Virus record (IMG/VR): IMGVR_UViG_3300017909_001720
Location: 1-33,183 of that record
Origin: a virus
Taxonomy: Duplodnaviria > Caudoviricetes
Direction: 5' to 3' (one strand)
Length of the DNA stretch: 33,183 nucleotides
Below are positions 10,101 through 20,500 of this stretch, in pieces. Position 1 is the stretch's first letter; each line of letters starts with the position of its first letter. The position numbers were made by a program, and so were the translations under genes. The notes below the pieces were generated by a model that was not told the DNA's origin, made no database searches, and saw only the letters and a program-made list of their open reading frames with translations.

Positions 10101-13100
10101 CATAAAGTTTTAGTAATTTCTCAGTACTATTTCCAGCATTTAATAATTCTCTTTCACTTAGATAACCTGCAGTTATCATTTCATCTAAGTAAATTTGTAA
10201 CATATCTCTTAGAGCACCCATTGCATCTGAATCTTCTGGTAGCTTACTTAATGTATCTCCTATCTCATCAATACTCTTTCCAGCAAGGTTGTTAAATGTT
10301 TCTACAAACATTAAGAATTCCATTATTGCGTTACCAACTTCAGTGTCAGTAGCATCTGGCATTGCTGTATTGAAAGCGTCTGCTATTGAACCAAATATTT
10401 CATTTAGTTCATGTTCGAGTATATCTGCACCACCAATAGCTGCTATTGTGCTTTCACCTATTCCTTGGAATAAGTTACCTTGTGCTATTCTTTGTGCAAG
10501 TTCATCACCTTTAACACCTGTAAAGGCTGTGTATTTATCAAGTATATCAAAGAGTCCCATTCCTATATCTCCACCTGCAAGTAGGAATGAATTTAAATCT
10601 AAATCTTTAGTAGCTTCACCATATAAGTCTCCTAATACTTCAAATGGATTTCCTTCTGAAATAATTGCATCAATAATCTCTCTGCTAGTTCCAGTAAAGA
10701 ATCTTGACAAATAAGTTCCGTCTTCATCTTCAGAAAATAATAGTTGGTCAAAAATATCTTGGAATGTAGGTATAGTACCTTCTTCAAATATTCCTCTTAT
10801 AGCTTCACCTATAGGAACAGCCATTCTTTCTTTTATCTGCTGTTCTGTGTCACCAGTAACTTTTTCAAAGATACCCATGAATCTCTTAGCTAATGCACCT
10901 TCATCAATATCATTCTCAACTAATAACATTCCATCAAGGAATGCTTTTCCTAATCCTTCTGAAATATTTTTACTTTGTGCGGCTAAAGCTTTTTCTTGTT
11001 CTTTAACATACTCTTCTAATGTTTCAGCAATAGTTGTTGGGCCATCAGGTGAGAATATGTCCTGTTCTTTTGCTAATAATTTTCTAGCTTCTGCAAGTTT
11101 TATTGTATTAGTAGCAAGTTCTTGGAATTCGTTTGTTATTTCTCTTATAGAGTTTTTATATTCTTCTAACCCTTTAGCCTCTGCACCAATATTAGCAACC
11201 ATCTTTAACAGTGGAGCAACAAGTCTTAGTAGTACTAACGTTACTCCAAGGAACTTGGTCATACCACCTATTATTCCTGAGAATCTAGCTGCAGATACAG
11301 ATGCTGCATCAAAAGCTTTTGCTAAGTCTGCAGTAACTTTTACATCTTTACCTCTAAATGGCATTGTTACTGGTTTTCCACCAGCCTTTCCTATCTCTCT
11401 AGATTTTTCTAGTAATCCACCAAACTCTGAATCAAGACCTCTTAGAACTAATTTTCTTCTACCTCTTGTAAATGCTCTGTTACCACCACCATAGAAGTCG
11501 TCTAACATACTGTCTAGTCTCTTTCTACCACTTCTTGTATCTCCTGCTAGTTCAACATTTTTACTTCTAATAGAACGTTTAAGCTCTCTAAGGGAAGGCA
11601 TTGTTGATTTTGCATTTTCCCTATTTAAAGCAGCTTGCGCTTTTTCTTCTGCTCTTGTAGCTCTTGCGGCTAATTTCCTAGCAGCAGCTTCTCTAAGTTT
11701 TTTAAATATGCTTTTATCAATTGATTTGTTTGCTGCTTCATTAACTGCTGTATTTACTTTTTTAACTTTAGTTTCAACTTTTTCTGCAGCATTTGAAGCT
11801 TTCTTAACAACTGTACTTCTAGCTGCAGCCTTTGCTAATCTCTCTTCAATAATAAGTCGTCTTTTCCTAATTTTTTCAGCTACTGAAGCAAATCTTTTAT
11901 CTCTAACATCTAACGTTTCTCCAACGCCACCTGATGGTCTGCTAAATGCACCGAATCTATCAGCTTCAAATATTTTTCCTGAAACAGGAGAAGGTGCTGG
12001 CAATTGAAGAGGTGTTTTTACTTTAGGTGTTACAGGAATTCTAGTTGCTCCTCCAGGTAATCTAAGCTGTGGTGTACCAGCAGGTAACATATTTTTTGTT
12101 CTTCGAATAGCGTCATTCATAAACAATGACCTGCCCATTCTTGCAAAATCAAATTTAAAGTTACTTCTAGAGAATTCTATTAATTGTTTAAGATTTTTAA
12201 GAATAAATCCTATACCAGCAAATGCTCCACCTAAGTTTACAAAACCAGCACTTATTCTTGCAGCTGCTGCTGTTAGAACATTAGATAGCTTAACTGTTTG
12301 CAACATAATTGCATCAGCTAGCTTCTTAAATGGTTCTTGTATACGTTGTGCAATCCTTGTCATAGCATCTGGTGGTTGTGGACCATATGTACCAAATCTA
12401 TCTGCACCATAAACTCTTCCAGCATCTAAATCAAAACGTCCACCTGGTAAGTCAGCACGAGGCCTTGTTCTAGAACCAAATCTATCAGCTTCAAATAAAG
12501 TATCTGAAAATCTATCTGTTAATATCATTTGCCTTCTTCTGTTAAGAATATTTTCAACAACTCTTTGTTGTCTTGCTGCATCTGCTGCACGTTCGGCAGC
12601 TCTTGCATTGACACGAATAGTTCTTTGAGCTTTTACATCTGCAACTCTTGGGCCTCCTGCAGCTGCTTGTTGAACCCTGTCTCTTTGTCTAGCAAGTCTT
12701 CTAACTAGCTCTTCTCTTCTTGACATTGGTCTAGCAGCTAATGAATCGAACTGTCCTCTCATAGAGGCCATAATTGTTCTCATAATATCCGCTACACCAT
12801 TACCAAATGTTCTCATTGTTGTGATGAGCCTTAAGAATTGAGCGTTTAATTTATTAAGTACTTTTTCTAATCTAGTAAATAATTCAACTACTCCTCCACC
12901 TCTCTGAAATCCACCTGTTCCAGTAACTCCAGGTATAGTAGCTAATACAGGGGGACGTAATGCTAATTCTGCTTTTGCTCTTGGTATTCCCATTCCTGGG
13001 ATTGTGAATCCTTTTTGACCTCTTCTGTTTGCAACTGTTGGGATGTTTAAAGTATTTAAAAAATCTCTGGCTCTTTCTATAATATTTTTTTGCGGAAGTT

Positions 13101-15297
13101 TATCAATAGTGGCAAGTTTTCCAGGCATAAAGTCAGCTCTTGTTGGCCCAAAAACAGCACTTTGTCTTCTACTTGCTCCTATTGATTCGTCAAGTAACCT
13201 TGCAGCTAATCCTTGTACTGATGCACTAAACTGTTTTATTTTGGATGCTAATCTTTTACCAAAACCAGTACTCTGTCCTAACTCTCTTAAAATAGCCATT
13301 TCAATTTTTTCAAACATACTTAAGTTCTTATAGTTAAGACTTGCTAAGCTTTTTTGAAAACCTAGTGCTGCTTCAGCACCATCAGTGGCAGCTTCATTTA
13401 ATCTACCGCTGTCTAATAATTCTTTATATTTTAAAATTCTTTCATCTTTAGTTCTTTTAACAAATTGACCTTCTGTTGGAATAATCTCTCCTGAGGCATC
13501 TAATAAACTACCAAATCCTTCAACATATTTTTCTTCGATTTCTTGTAATAACTCTTTACCAATATTTCCTCTTTTAACTTGGTCAGCAATTCTTTTATCT
13601 ATGTCCCCTCCACCAGATATAAACTCATCAAATGATTGTGGTATATCAATAGCTGAATATGGGTCAACACCTTGAGCAATCATATCTGCTATAGGCCTGT
13701 TTCTAAAATATTGTTGCCTTGTTCTGTTTTGTAATCTTCTAGATTTACCACCAACAAAACCCATCATTCCTCCAAGTATTCCCATTCCTGGTAGGCCTGC
13801 TATCCTATCAATCGCACTTATTCTAGAACCTCTAAATCCAGACATTCCAAAACCGCCACCAGTTTTTTCATCAAAAAATGCAGATGCTTCTACAGACTTA
13901 CCAGTAGCAACACCTACTTGATTCATGGCCGTTGCGGTTGCGTTTATATTACTTGCTAGGTTATCAAATACACCTAACGCAGTTGACATCTCTAATACAT
14001 TTCTATTCATTTGCTTAAATATTGTTGAAGCAATCATTAATGGACCTATTACTTTAGATACTGTTGTAGATATACCTTCAAAGTTATCCATAGTTATGTA
14101 GGTTATGTTTGTTATTTCTTCAACTAATCCTTTAGCAATTTCTAAGCTTTCAGTATCATTAGCTAAATCTAAAAATCCACCAGCAACAATATTTTTTAAT
14201 CTTTGGAGTTGCATAGCCAAAGTATCGTATCTTCTTTCTGCTTCTAAGTTAAGTGCGTTGTTTTCTATAAAAGCTTCGTTAGCAGTATCAATAGCATCAA
14301 ATAATGTTTGATTAGCTTTTGATAAAGCAAGTATTGCTTTTCTACTTCTTACTTGTCCTAATCCTAAACTAGATAATATTTCTAAACTTGTCTTACCAAC
14401 TTTAGAAGTATCATCCAATCCTTGGATGAACATTGCTATAGCTTTTGTAGAATCTATTTCGAATAATCTTACAAATTCAGTCATGGTCACACCTGCAACA
14501 GATGCGAATGTTTCTAATTTAGCACCACCAAGTTCTACTGCAGAGCTTGCTTCATTCATTAACCTTACTATTGCAGTTGCACCTGCTTGTGCTGGCTGAC
14601 CTATAGCTCTTAAAGCAGTTGAGAATGCTAAAGCGTCAACAGCAGCATTATTAAGTGTTCCTGATATTTGAGCAGTAGCAGTAGCAATTTGCATAGCTGC
14701 ATTTACAATTTCAGATTCTGTAGCTGCGAAGTTGTTACCTAAGTCAACTAATGTTGCACCTAAGTTATCTAATTCATCTACTGTACTTCCTGTTATTTCT
14801 TGAAGTCTAGCCATTGATAGTGCAGCTTGTTCTGCACCTAGGTTTGTTGCTACTGTAAGTTTCTGTATTACTTTAGTAAATGCGACAATGTCTTTTGCAC
14901 TTACACCTAACTGTCCACCAACAGCAGCTATTTCGCTTAATTCTTTAGTTGTTACGGGTGATAATTTTGAAAGTGTGATTAATGAGTTTGCAATTTGGTC
15001 AAATGCTTTTTCTACATTTTTGACTTCTGGACCAATATTTAATGTTTTCTTAACTGCAACAAATGACTCTTCAAATTTAGATGCGGTAGCTGCTGCAATT
15101 GTCATACCACCTGCTACAGCACCAAATGCTGCACCAGATGCAGACATCATTCCTCTGAGGGTGTTTGATACTGCTGCAGTAGATTGTTGTATTCTTGCTG
15201 CTTCTCTCTTGATTTGTTGATTAGCTTGCTTTAACGACTTATCGTCAAAGCCCATAACTATTCTAGCTTCAAGAGAATAAGCTGTAACTTTGGCCAT
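7141..15297 (-). CDS. Tape measure protein
   Basis: 2718 aa, follows the chaperone pair. N-terminal TP901-like core (FEESFVAVKKT, GGQLGV, LGNNFAATESEI), long helical/coiled-coil regions, and C-terminal YAMGG and VGEYGPE motifs. Confidence 0.93.
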   Translation of the reverse strand: MAKVTAYSLEARIVMGFDDKSLKQANQQIKREAARIQQSTAAVSNTLRGMMSASGAAFGAVAGGMTIAAATASKFEESFVAVKKTLNIGPEVKNVEKAFDQIANSLITLSKLSPVTTKELSEIAAVGGQLGVSAKDIVAFTKVIQKLTVATNLGAEQAALSMARLQEITGSTVDELDNLGATLVDLGNNFAATESEIVNAAMQIATATAQISGTLNNAAVDALAFSTALRAIGQPAQAGATAIVRLMNEASSAVELGGAKLETFASVAGVTMTEFVRLFEIDSTKAIAMFIQGLDDTSKVGKTSLEILSSLGLGQVRSRKAILALSKANQTLFDAIDTANEAFIENNALNLEAERRYDTLAMQLQRLKNIVAGGFLDLANDTESLEIAKGLVEEITNITYITMDNFEGISTTVSKVIGPLMIASTIFKQMNRNVLEMSTALGVFDNLASNINATATAMNQVGVATGKSVEASAFFDEKTGGGFGMSGFRGSRISAIDRIAGLPGMGILGGMMGFVGGKSRRLQNRTRQQYFRNRPIADMIAQGVDPYSAIDIPQSFDEFISGGGDIDKRIADQVKRGNIGKELLQEIEEKYVEGFGSLLDASGEIIPTEGQFVKRTKDERILKYKELLDSGRLNEAATDGAEAALGFQKSLASLNYKNLSMFEKIEMAILRELGQSTGFGKRLASKIKQFSASVQGLAARLLDESIGASRRQSAVFGPTRADFMPGKLATIDKLPQKNIIERARDFLNTLNIPTVANRRGQKGFTIPGMGIPRAKAELALRPPVLATIPGVTGTGGFQRGGGVVELFTRLEKVLNKLNAQFLRLITTMRTFGNGVADIMRTIMASMRGQFDSLAARPMSRREELVRRLARQRDRVQQAAAGGPRVADVKAQRTIRVNARAAERAADAARQQRVVENILNRRRQMILTDRFSDTLFEADRFGSRTRPRADLPGGRFDLDAGRVYGADRFGTYGPQPPDAMTRIAQRIQEPFKKLADAIMLQTVKLSNVLTAAAARISAGFVNLGGAFAGIGFILKNLKQLIEFSRSNFKFDFARMGRSLFMNDAIRRTKNMLPAGTPQLRLPGGATRIPVTPKVKTPLQLPAPSPVSGKIFEADRFGAFSRPSGGVGETLDVRDKRFASVAEKIRKRRLIIEERLAKAAARSTVVKKASNAAEKVETKVKKVNTAVNEAANKSIDKSIFKKLREAAARKLAARATRAEEKAQAALNRENAKSTMPSLRELKRSIRSKNVELAGDTRSGRKRLDSMLDDFYGGGNRAFTRGRRKLVLRGLDSEFGGLLEKSREIGKAGGKPVTMPFRGKDVKVTADLAKAFDAASVSAARFSGIIGGMTKFLGVTLVLLRLVAPLLKMVANIGAEAKGLEEYKNSIREITNEFQELATNTIKLAEARKLLAKEQDIFSPDGPTTIAETLEEYVKEQEKALAAQSKNISEGLGKAFLDGMLLVENDIDEGALAKRFMGIFEKVTGDTEQQIKERMAVPIGEAIRGIFEEGTIPTFQDIFDQLLFSEDEDGTYLSRFFTGTSREIIDAIISEGNPFEVLGDLYGEATKDLDLNSFLLAGGDIGMGLFDILDKYTAFTGVKGDELAQRIAQGNLFQGIGESTIAAIGGADILEHELNEIFGSIADAFNTAMPDATDTEVGNAIMEFLMFVETFNNLAGKSIDEIGDTLSKLPEDSDAMGALRDMLQIYLDEMITAGYLSERELLNAGNSTEKLLKLYASTQTAISDEITSANKKMQDEFGITAEMSLRLAIKAKEAFKQIREAATALGKPLEDAELTDQSFGKLLYNLEQNRLAIEKYERDIAQLRAKGFEFTADRLLAMGLGGRDIAARALADPMAAQALELELIKTAPLTAADAGVKSPLMDDKFMDQMQNMGIQITESFVKGIEDGFPIIRQMFGDMGEEVVAALREALGFGSPSKVMMQFGEWTSMGFAEGIQNATPQTEVAMQNMAKDSAAAFRAILGINSNSTLFKQYGQNVGNGLIEGLENTIGQSSGVNSTFEDFAEMIATIGLSIEAFAAYVTGDTGGGDFQTFLEKFMAGVNDKAQEYVSEQQKAFQVVTQLTSAERARNAALLNVMQSKASLAKQLRDEASLQDRIGDTLERLNRLEQEGKKGNVTVKERIGILQQLLSLREMEKRAAGEFTAKEQLAINEKEQEVNTMSRMYNQGVISALEFQAAQEELAEMRGEFKTEEDKELFFLQLADTEREYKDAQANALKIDQELVSTREEYFGLLDEQEQMTLRVQVAQDKYSASVEGAVEADMALTQAILYFEENIGPHMETLSEIADRYGDITDEVNELIEAVEKYQEGTIGSIFGPGGAEVPETAIYESAKDKAVEETLNDTVVAANTLMADQRMSMQDAKTVFGESLKEAGLYDDFNRFLNNPLLSPIFKQGVSLNQASNRLDENQQFMTSSDLGQIQRIMTTLNDMGISKRLNTENTGQTILKQFIESLGLNLYRKSDGSGFNFLDKNLEMVEDQIGIELGTFLENFGDLFSGISRLDPTNMGPNSVANQDYINKVLSGSPVHVEMDAGVEVAEDPTGTPQTYNSYPLLMENANGQRRVVTNDAARERAEKDGYTSTGRRGYAMGGRIKGFKMGGRIPDMSHLTPSKYAHGGRAADHMMKRALVGEYGPEEVRFVPGSGFLVKPLTTGGRGNNTIVQNLSVNVTGVPVDNASARKAAIQIKKALQRLDREGNAGGGVRNV

Positions 15298-15305
15298 TTA
15301 ATTAC

Positions 15306-16015
15306 CTATGTGTCATTTAAGTTAGTTTTAGCACCGAGACCATCCGACTGAGCAAGGAATTGGTCTAGACTTATTCTACTACGCTGCTTTCCACTTCTGT
15401 TGGCTTTCCTGTCTAGTTCAGCTTTATAGTTGTTGGCTCTTAGCGTAGAAGTCCCATCTTCGTCATCAATTAATCCTTTATCTCTCATGGCTTGTTCATA
15501 ATGCTTAGCAAAGAATAAAGATTTATCCATAGGCAATCCTGCCATAAGTAATAAGAACCTACGCCAGGTTATATGTAAAGGGTCATCGATTTTATACCAG
15601 CGTACAAAATCGGCTTCTAATTTATTCCATTCGTAGATAACATCTAGAATGGAAAAGTTTACTCTTTTGGGTCGTCAGAACCTTCTTCAGCTACTTCCAT
15701 ATCGATGTCTTCATCGCCACCAATACCGTATTCAGTCAATAACCATTGAAGTAATTCATCTAATTGATTCCATGTAGCACCATCGTCTAACATAGATTCT
15801 AGATTTTCCTTACCTACTAATGATTCTAACCATTCTGGTAATGAGTTTGTAGCCATACCACCAGATTCGTCCATGTATCTCATTTGAGTTAGAACTACTC
15901 TAGCTGGTAGTTGTGACGGAAGTTCATATTCTGAACCTGCCATTTTGAATTGAATTGGCTTCTTTTCTGCTTCTGTAATCGCAGCATCGAAGTCTTTATA
16001 TTTTTTGTCGACCAT
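15306..16015 (-). CDS. Tail assembly chaperone, long -1 frameshifted form (lambda gpGT-like)
   Basis: After C CCA AAA the -1 frame is open: RVNFSILDVIYEWNKLEADFVRWYKIDDPLHITWRRFLLLMAGLP... It continues into track ORF 15306..15545. EADF..WRRF..GLP resembles actinophage chaperone extensions. Confidence 0.85.
15659..16015 (-). CDS. Tail assembly chaperone, short form (gpG-like)
   Basis: 118-aa acidic protein between the major tail and tape measure genes. AGGAG upstream; ends DDPKE at the slippery site. Confidence 0.88.
   Translation of the reverse strand: MVDKKYKDFDAAITEAEKKPIQFKMAGSEYELPSQLPARVVLTQMRYMDESGGMATNSLPEWLESLVGKENLESMLDDGATWNQLDELLQWLLTEYGIGGDEDIDMEVAEEGSDDPKE
15665..15671 (-). other. 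-1 programmed frameshift slippery heptamer CCCAAAA
   Basis: X XXY YYZ pattern in the correct phase (GAC CCA AAA GAG TAA), one codon before the chaperone stop. Confidence 0.85.
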
Positions 16016-16056
16016 ACCGACCTATCTCCTATTGTAAATTAATACTATCTCAACTT

Positions 16057-16719
16057 TTAGTTGACATCAAATGTTGTTGAGTCGTTAGTGTTATCAACAA
16101 TCTTGAAAAGGTGATATTTACCACCTGTGCTTCCAACGTTAAATGTTGAATCAGGAACTAACAACTTAAACTCAGTTGCAATTACCACTTTTTGTGGAGC
16201 CTTTGCGTGTGACATTGAGAATGCACCGACTGATACAGTTCTTGGCATTTGGACATGTCTGTCTGCACCTGCTGGTCCTTCTGCGATTAACAATCCTGCT
16301 AATTCGCTGAAAGAGTCAGTAATAGGAGCTTTTACAACATCGTATCCTGCTGCGAAGTCTGTTGTGTCGTCTTCACCGACATAACTGTCAGTTTGTCCCA
16401 TTGCTACGGAAAGGTTTTTAAGTGAAGCCTGTGATAGCTCACCCATTAATCTTGCTTCCTGAGCAGTTTTTATGGTTTTAATTGGGTCTACTTCTTCTGC
16501 GACTAGAATGTCCTCGAAAGTTCTATCCATTTCGAGAGTCCAACCATCTTCAGAATATCCAATGTCTCTCCATTCTGTTGATGCGGTTGAAACTGTTTCC
16601 CAGTTACCTGAACCGTCATCACCTGGAAAGGCTAATCCTGAAGCAGTTCTGTCTGCAACATAAAGTACACCAGTTCCAATTAATACCTCATTAATTGCAC
16701 CACTTGTATATGTAGCCAT
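16057..16719 (-). CDS. Major tail (tube) protein
   Basis: 220 aa. Motifs IGTGVLYVA, W.DIGYSEDG and DPIKT, and position upstream of the chaperones. AGGAG RBS. Confidence 0.88.
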   Translation of the reverse strand: MATYTSGAINEVLIGTGVLYVADRTASGLAFPGDDGSGNWETVSTASTEWRDIGYSEDGWTLEMDRTFEDILVAEEVDPIKTIKTAQEARLMGELSQASLKNLSVAMGQTDSYVGEDDTTDFAAGYDVVKAPITDSFSELAGLLIAEGPAGADRHVQMPRTVSVGAFSMSHAKAPQKVVIATEFKLLVPDSTFNVGSTGGKYHLFKIVDNTNDSTTFDVN

Positions 16720-16723
16720 TTAT

Positions 16724-17056
16724 CTACTCCTGCTCGTCTAATCCGATACTATCTTCGAAGATAGTCTCATCTTCGTGAGACTCTTCAATCGTATCCTCAT
16801 TATCTTCTACTGCTTCATCGTCTTCCACAGCAGAATCAGCTTCGTCAAGTGCTGGTTTGTCTACCTCATTTTTAATGAATATATCCATATTATTATTGAG
16901 TAGGCGTTCAGCGTCTTTCGCCTCAACCTCGACCCATTTACTCGAAGTAAAAGTAATGCCAGTCACTGTATCACGGACAGTATCTGCCTTTGTGAACAAA
17001 GGACTCACCTTAATTTCTACTTTCGAATCTTCTTGTTTATCTTTATTGTTAAACAT
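16724..17056 (-). CDS. Hypothetical protein with acidic C-terminal half
   Basis: 110 aa, fills the gap between tail terminator and major tail genes, directly after a promoter-like motif. Confidence 0.7.
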   Translation of the reverse strand: MFNNKDKQEDSKVEIKVSPLFTKADTVRDTVTGITFTSSKWVEVEAKDAERLLNNNMDIFIKNEVDKPALDEADSAVEDDEAVEDNEDTIEESHEDETIFEDSIGLDEQE

Positions 17057-17065
17057 AATACTTAA

Positions 17066-17099
17066 ATGTTATATGATGTTATGAAAAGTAGTGGTATTT
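17066..17099 (-). promoter_or_regulatory. Repeated promoter-like motif, copy upstream of the tail genes
   Basis: Minus strand reads AAATACCAC-N19-TAACAT, then 9 nt to the ATG at 17056. Confidence 0.7.
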
Positions 17100-17107
17100 A
17101 AAAAAGT

Positions 17108-17578
17108 TTATACAGCTCGATACATCATTGCTACACCAATGTCATATCTACCTAAACCTGTTTGATTTTCATTTACTCTTGTAGGCATTTGAGGTATATC
17201 GAAACCAACAATTTTAGCTCTTGTTGTAGAGCTATCAGTAGTAATATATTCATTTTCCATATTGAAACATACACCAATTATTGCATTTGCAACTTCCATA
17301 GCTTTACCATAATCAGGAGCAGATGTCGTACCATCACCACCCCATTGTCCAGCAAAACATTGAACAGGTATAATTGCTGATTGTAAATGTACTTGAGAAG
17401 TAGGTCTAAGTAACACACCTCCTGCTCTTTGAAAAGTTATAAAAGGCATTTCTGCGTCTCTAGGTAATCTAGTAGCTATTCTTGTACCTACTAAATCAGT
17501 AACAGATGTTTTACCTAGTAAAAACTTTCTAAATATAATTTCCGCGTCTGGCGGTACGGGTTGTCCTGTTGTTGGCAT
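17108..17578 (-). CDS. Tail terminator/completion protein
   Basis: 156 aa with VGTRI..RLP..PFITFQR motif; position before the major tail gene. Confidence 0.8.
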   Translation of the reverse strand: MPTTGQPVPPDAEIIFRKFLLGKTSVTDLVGTRIATRLPRDAEMPFITFQRAGGVLLRPTSQVHLQSAIIPVQCFAGQWGGDGTTSAPDYGKAMEVANAIIGVCFNMENEYITTDSSTTRAKIVGFDIPQMPTRVNENQTGLGRYDIGVAMMYRAV

Positions 17579-20500
17579 TAGTAATTCCTAAACTTCATGT
17601 TCTTATAATAGGTGTATATTGCGTGAATTGTATCATTTTGTTCACCTCTTAAGAATTTAGATTGCATTTGGTTATAAAAACCTTCATATGAAAAACCAGC
17701 TTCTCTAATAAATTTTTCAACAAATCTTTCTTTATCCATCCTGTTATGACCATCTTTACCAGTTCTAGCTTGATTAATTAGTTCGATTATGAATAGTTTT
17801 GATTCTTGATAGCCTTTTTTGTGAAAGATATCACCAATAATGTGTCCAAATTCTTTCATGTCTACTGTTCTTAAACTTTGTACACCCTGTTTAATTCTTC
17901 CCATTTTAATAACATTGTAAGAAGTATCATCAGGGTCTACTAAATAGTGTATCTTCTTATCAAATAATTTTTTAGCCATATCTTCCAAACCACCACCACT
18001 ATCGTTATATTTTGCATCTCTTGTCCAATCTAATATAGCTTCTATATCGAATGCAAAACCACCTGTATCTGTTTTAAAGTCTTTAGGTCTAATAACAGAT
18101 TTACTACTATCAAATACATTGACACCAGAACCGTCTCTACTTCTACCATCAATACCACTTATTGCTTTTACATCAGGGAATATACCATTTCTGTTGTAAT
18201 GGTCTAATAATTTTTCAGCAAAAACACCATCTTTAGTACTAAAACTAAATCTATCAGATACTTGTCTTGCTATTTCATCTGTTTGAACTAATTGCATTTC
18301 TACTTCATCAAACAATATTTTCTTAAGTTCAGCTGAAGCTTCCTTACCTCCCATACTTCCATCGAACTTCCATCTTTGATTTCCTGTGTAAACTGTTTTT
18401 GGACCTACAGTCCAATCTTCTGCACGTTCTGTTTTAGGATATCTGTCAGCTCCTTGCCAGTTATAATTTAATTCATCAGCTTCTCTTTCTGCTTGTTCTG
18501 CAATTTCATCTAATATTTCTTCATAACCAGTCTCACCGATATCTATAATTGTTGTATCATTATCAAATTTTTCTGCAACTTTATCAAATCTCATATTGAT
18601 GTGAGTAAAAGTGCTTCTATTAGTATCTAAGAAAGCTTTTGTAATTGTAAGTTTATCTTGTTTACTTCTTGCCATTGAGTAAGCAGCAGACATTAATCCA
18701 ACTGAATCTGTAGTAGCTGCAAATCCCTGCTCAAGTAATATTGATGTTCTTTCTAATGCATTGAACATACCATTACCATCTAAGAAAACACCACCTGCAC
18801 TTGTTCTTCCCCAAACAGTTGTTATAGCATTGGCTACTTTGCTTGCAGTTCTTGCTGCCTGTATTTTAAGTTTATCTCTAATTATTTGTTTTTCTACACC
18901 TGGCAAACCAATTAATATAGGTTGTAATGCCTTTTCCATTTCTTCTAAATATAGTCTTGTTAAATTTGCTTTTGCTTTACCACCAGCTAGTGCTTCTCTT
19001 ATTTGTCCTATTTGGCTACCAGGTCCTTGAGGAGCAGAAACCATTCTTTGGTAGTCTTGGAGTTCTACTAAGTTTAATCCTATAGCTTGTGTCAATCCTT
19101 CTCTAACATGACTTGTTCTTGTTCCAATTAATTTTTTAAGTGTATTGTAATTAGTATCTCCCATCAATGAACCCATTAAGAAGTCAGAGTTTTTGTTAAT
19201 ATCGCCTATTGCTTGTGTATATTCTGGACTAAAAGAACCTAATTTTCTTTTTGTATTCTTTAAATATTGTCTTGCTTCCCAGCTATTACTTCTTAGTAAC
19301 TGTCTATATATTTGTGGGTCAAATACTGGAACATAAGGCAATCTACCAACCAAGCTTTGTCCGTCTACTTCCCATACACTTGCGTATTGTGTTGGTGCAA
19401 TTTCTTGTATTTTACCCATATAATTCTTTATTATACCTCCACCGATACCAGCCTCTCCTAAACTTCTTTTAACTCTTCCTAAACTTTTCATGTTAAATTC
19501 TCTTTGACCCATAACTCCTTCTTTAAGAAATCTGTCATGTGAATCAGACAAAACATAATCAGGGTCTATAAATCTGTCGTTCATAACACCTTCTTCTAAA
19601 GGCATATTTTCTGTAGCATTGAAAGATTTCATCGCTCTTCTGTTCATCATTCGTAAAGCTTCATCTTGATTGCCTCTCATAGCTTTTCTTCTTAACATGA
19701 CAAAAGCGGCTTGAGCTTTAGCTAAATTTGCTTGACCTTTTCTAATTTCTTTCAAAGCTCTATCTTTTTGACGAGCTTTCTGTCTAGCTTTTTTACGATT
19801 TGGGTCGTTAGATTTAAGATGTAAAGTCATTTCCCTACCTAAACCTTTTTCTCTATTTTTTATAATATTTCCAGGGTCAAGTCCTAGATAAGCTGCTGAT
19901 TCTGTAGCAGCTCTAGTAAAGAAAAAACTAGGTAAGTAAAACATACCATCAGTTCTTTTAGAGTAACCACCATTCATATCAGTAGCTGGACCACCATATT
20001 CTATAGCAACTATATCTCTTACTGCATCAGCAGTTCTATTTCGCTTAGGCGCACTTACACCACCAACAACAACAGCGTTTAACATACCTGGACCTTTTCT
20101 TGCTTCTTTACTTGCTAACGGAATTATGTGAATTGATTTTGCTATATCTAATTTTGAAGGGATTTGGTTATGACCAATTCTTTTTTCTCTTCTTAACTCA
20201 GCTCTTCTTTGTGCTTCGTTAGATACTGTTTTATCTTTGATACGGCTTTGACCACCTGAATTAAATCCCATGTATTCATTTGGTAATTTCTGACCATCCA
20301 TAAGTGCTTGAGAAAACAAATGAGCGTCTTGTCCAACTTTAGTTGCGCCTCCTACCTTAAAAGGTCCTGTAATATCACCGACAAAAGCACCACTGTCTGA
20401 TTGACTTATTTCTTTTATATGTTGTTTCTGTAATGTTCCTCTTATTTTTTGATGCTTGTGTTTACCAAATCCTTGAAAAACAAATGGAGTGCCATTAATT

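Noticed and set aside
15306-15545. 79-aa ORF as an independent gene
   Set aside because: It has no SD and its conserved-looking motif starts upstream of the Met; it is better explained as the -1 frameshift extension.
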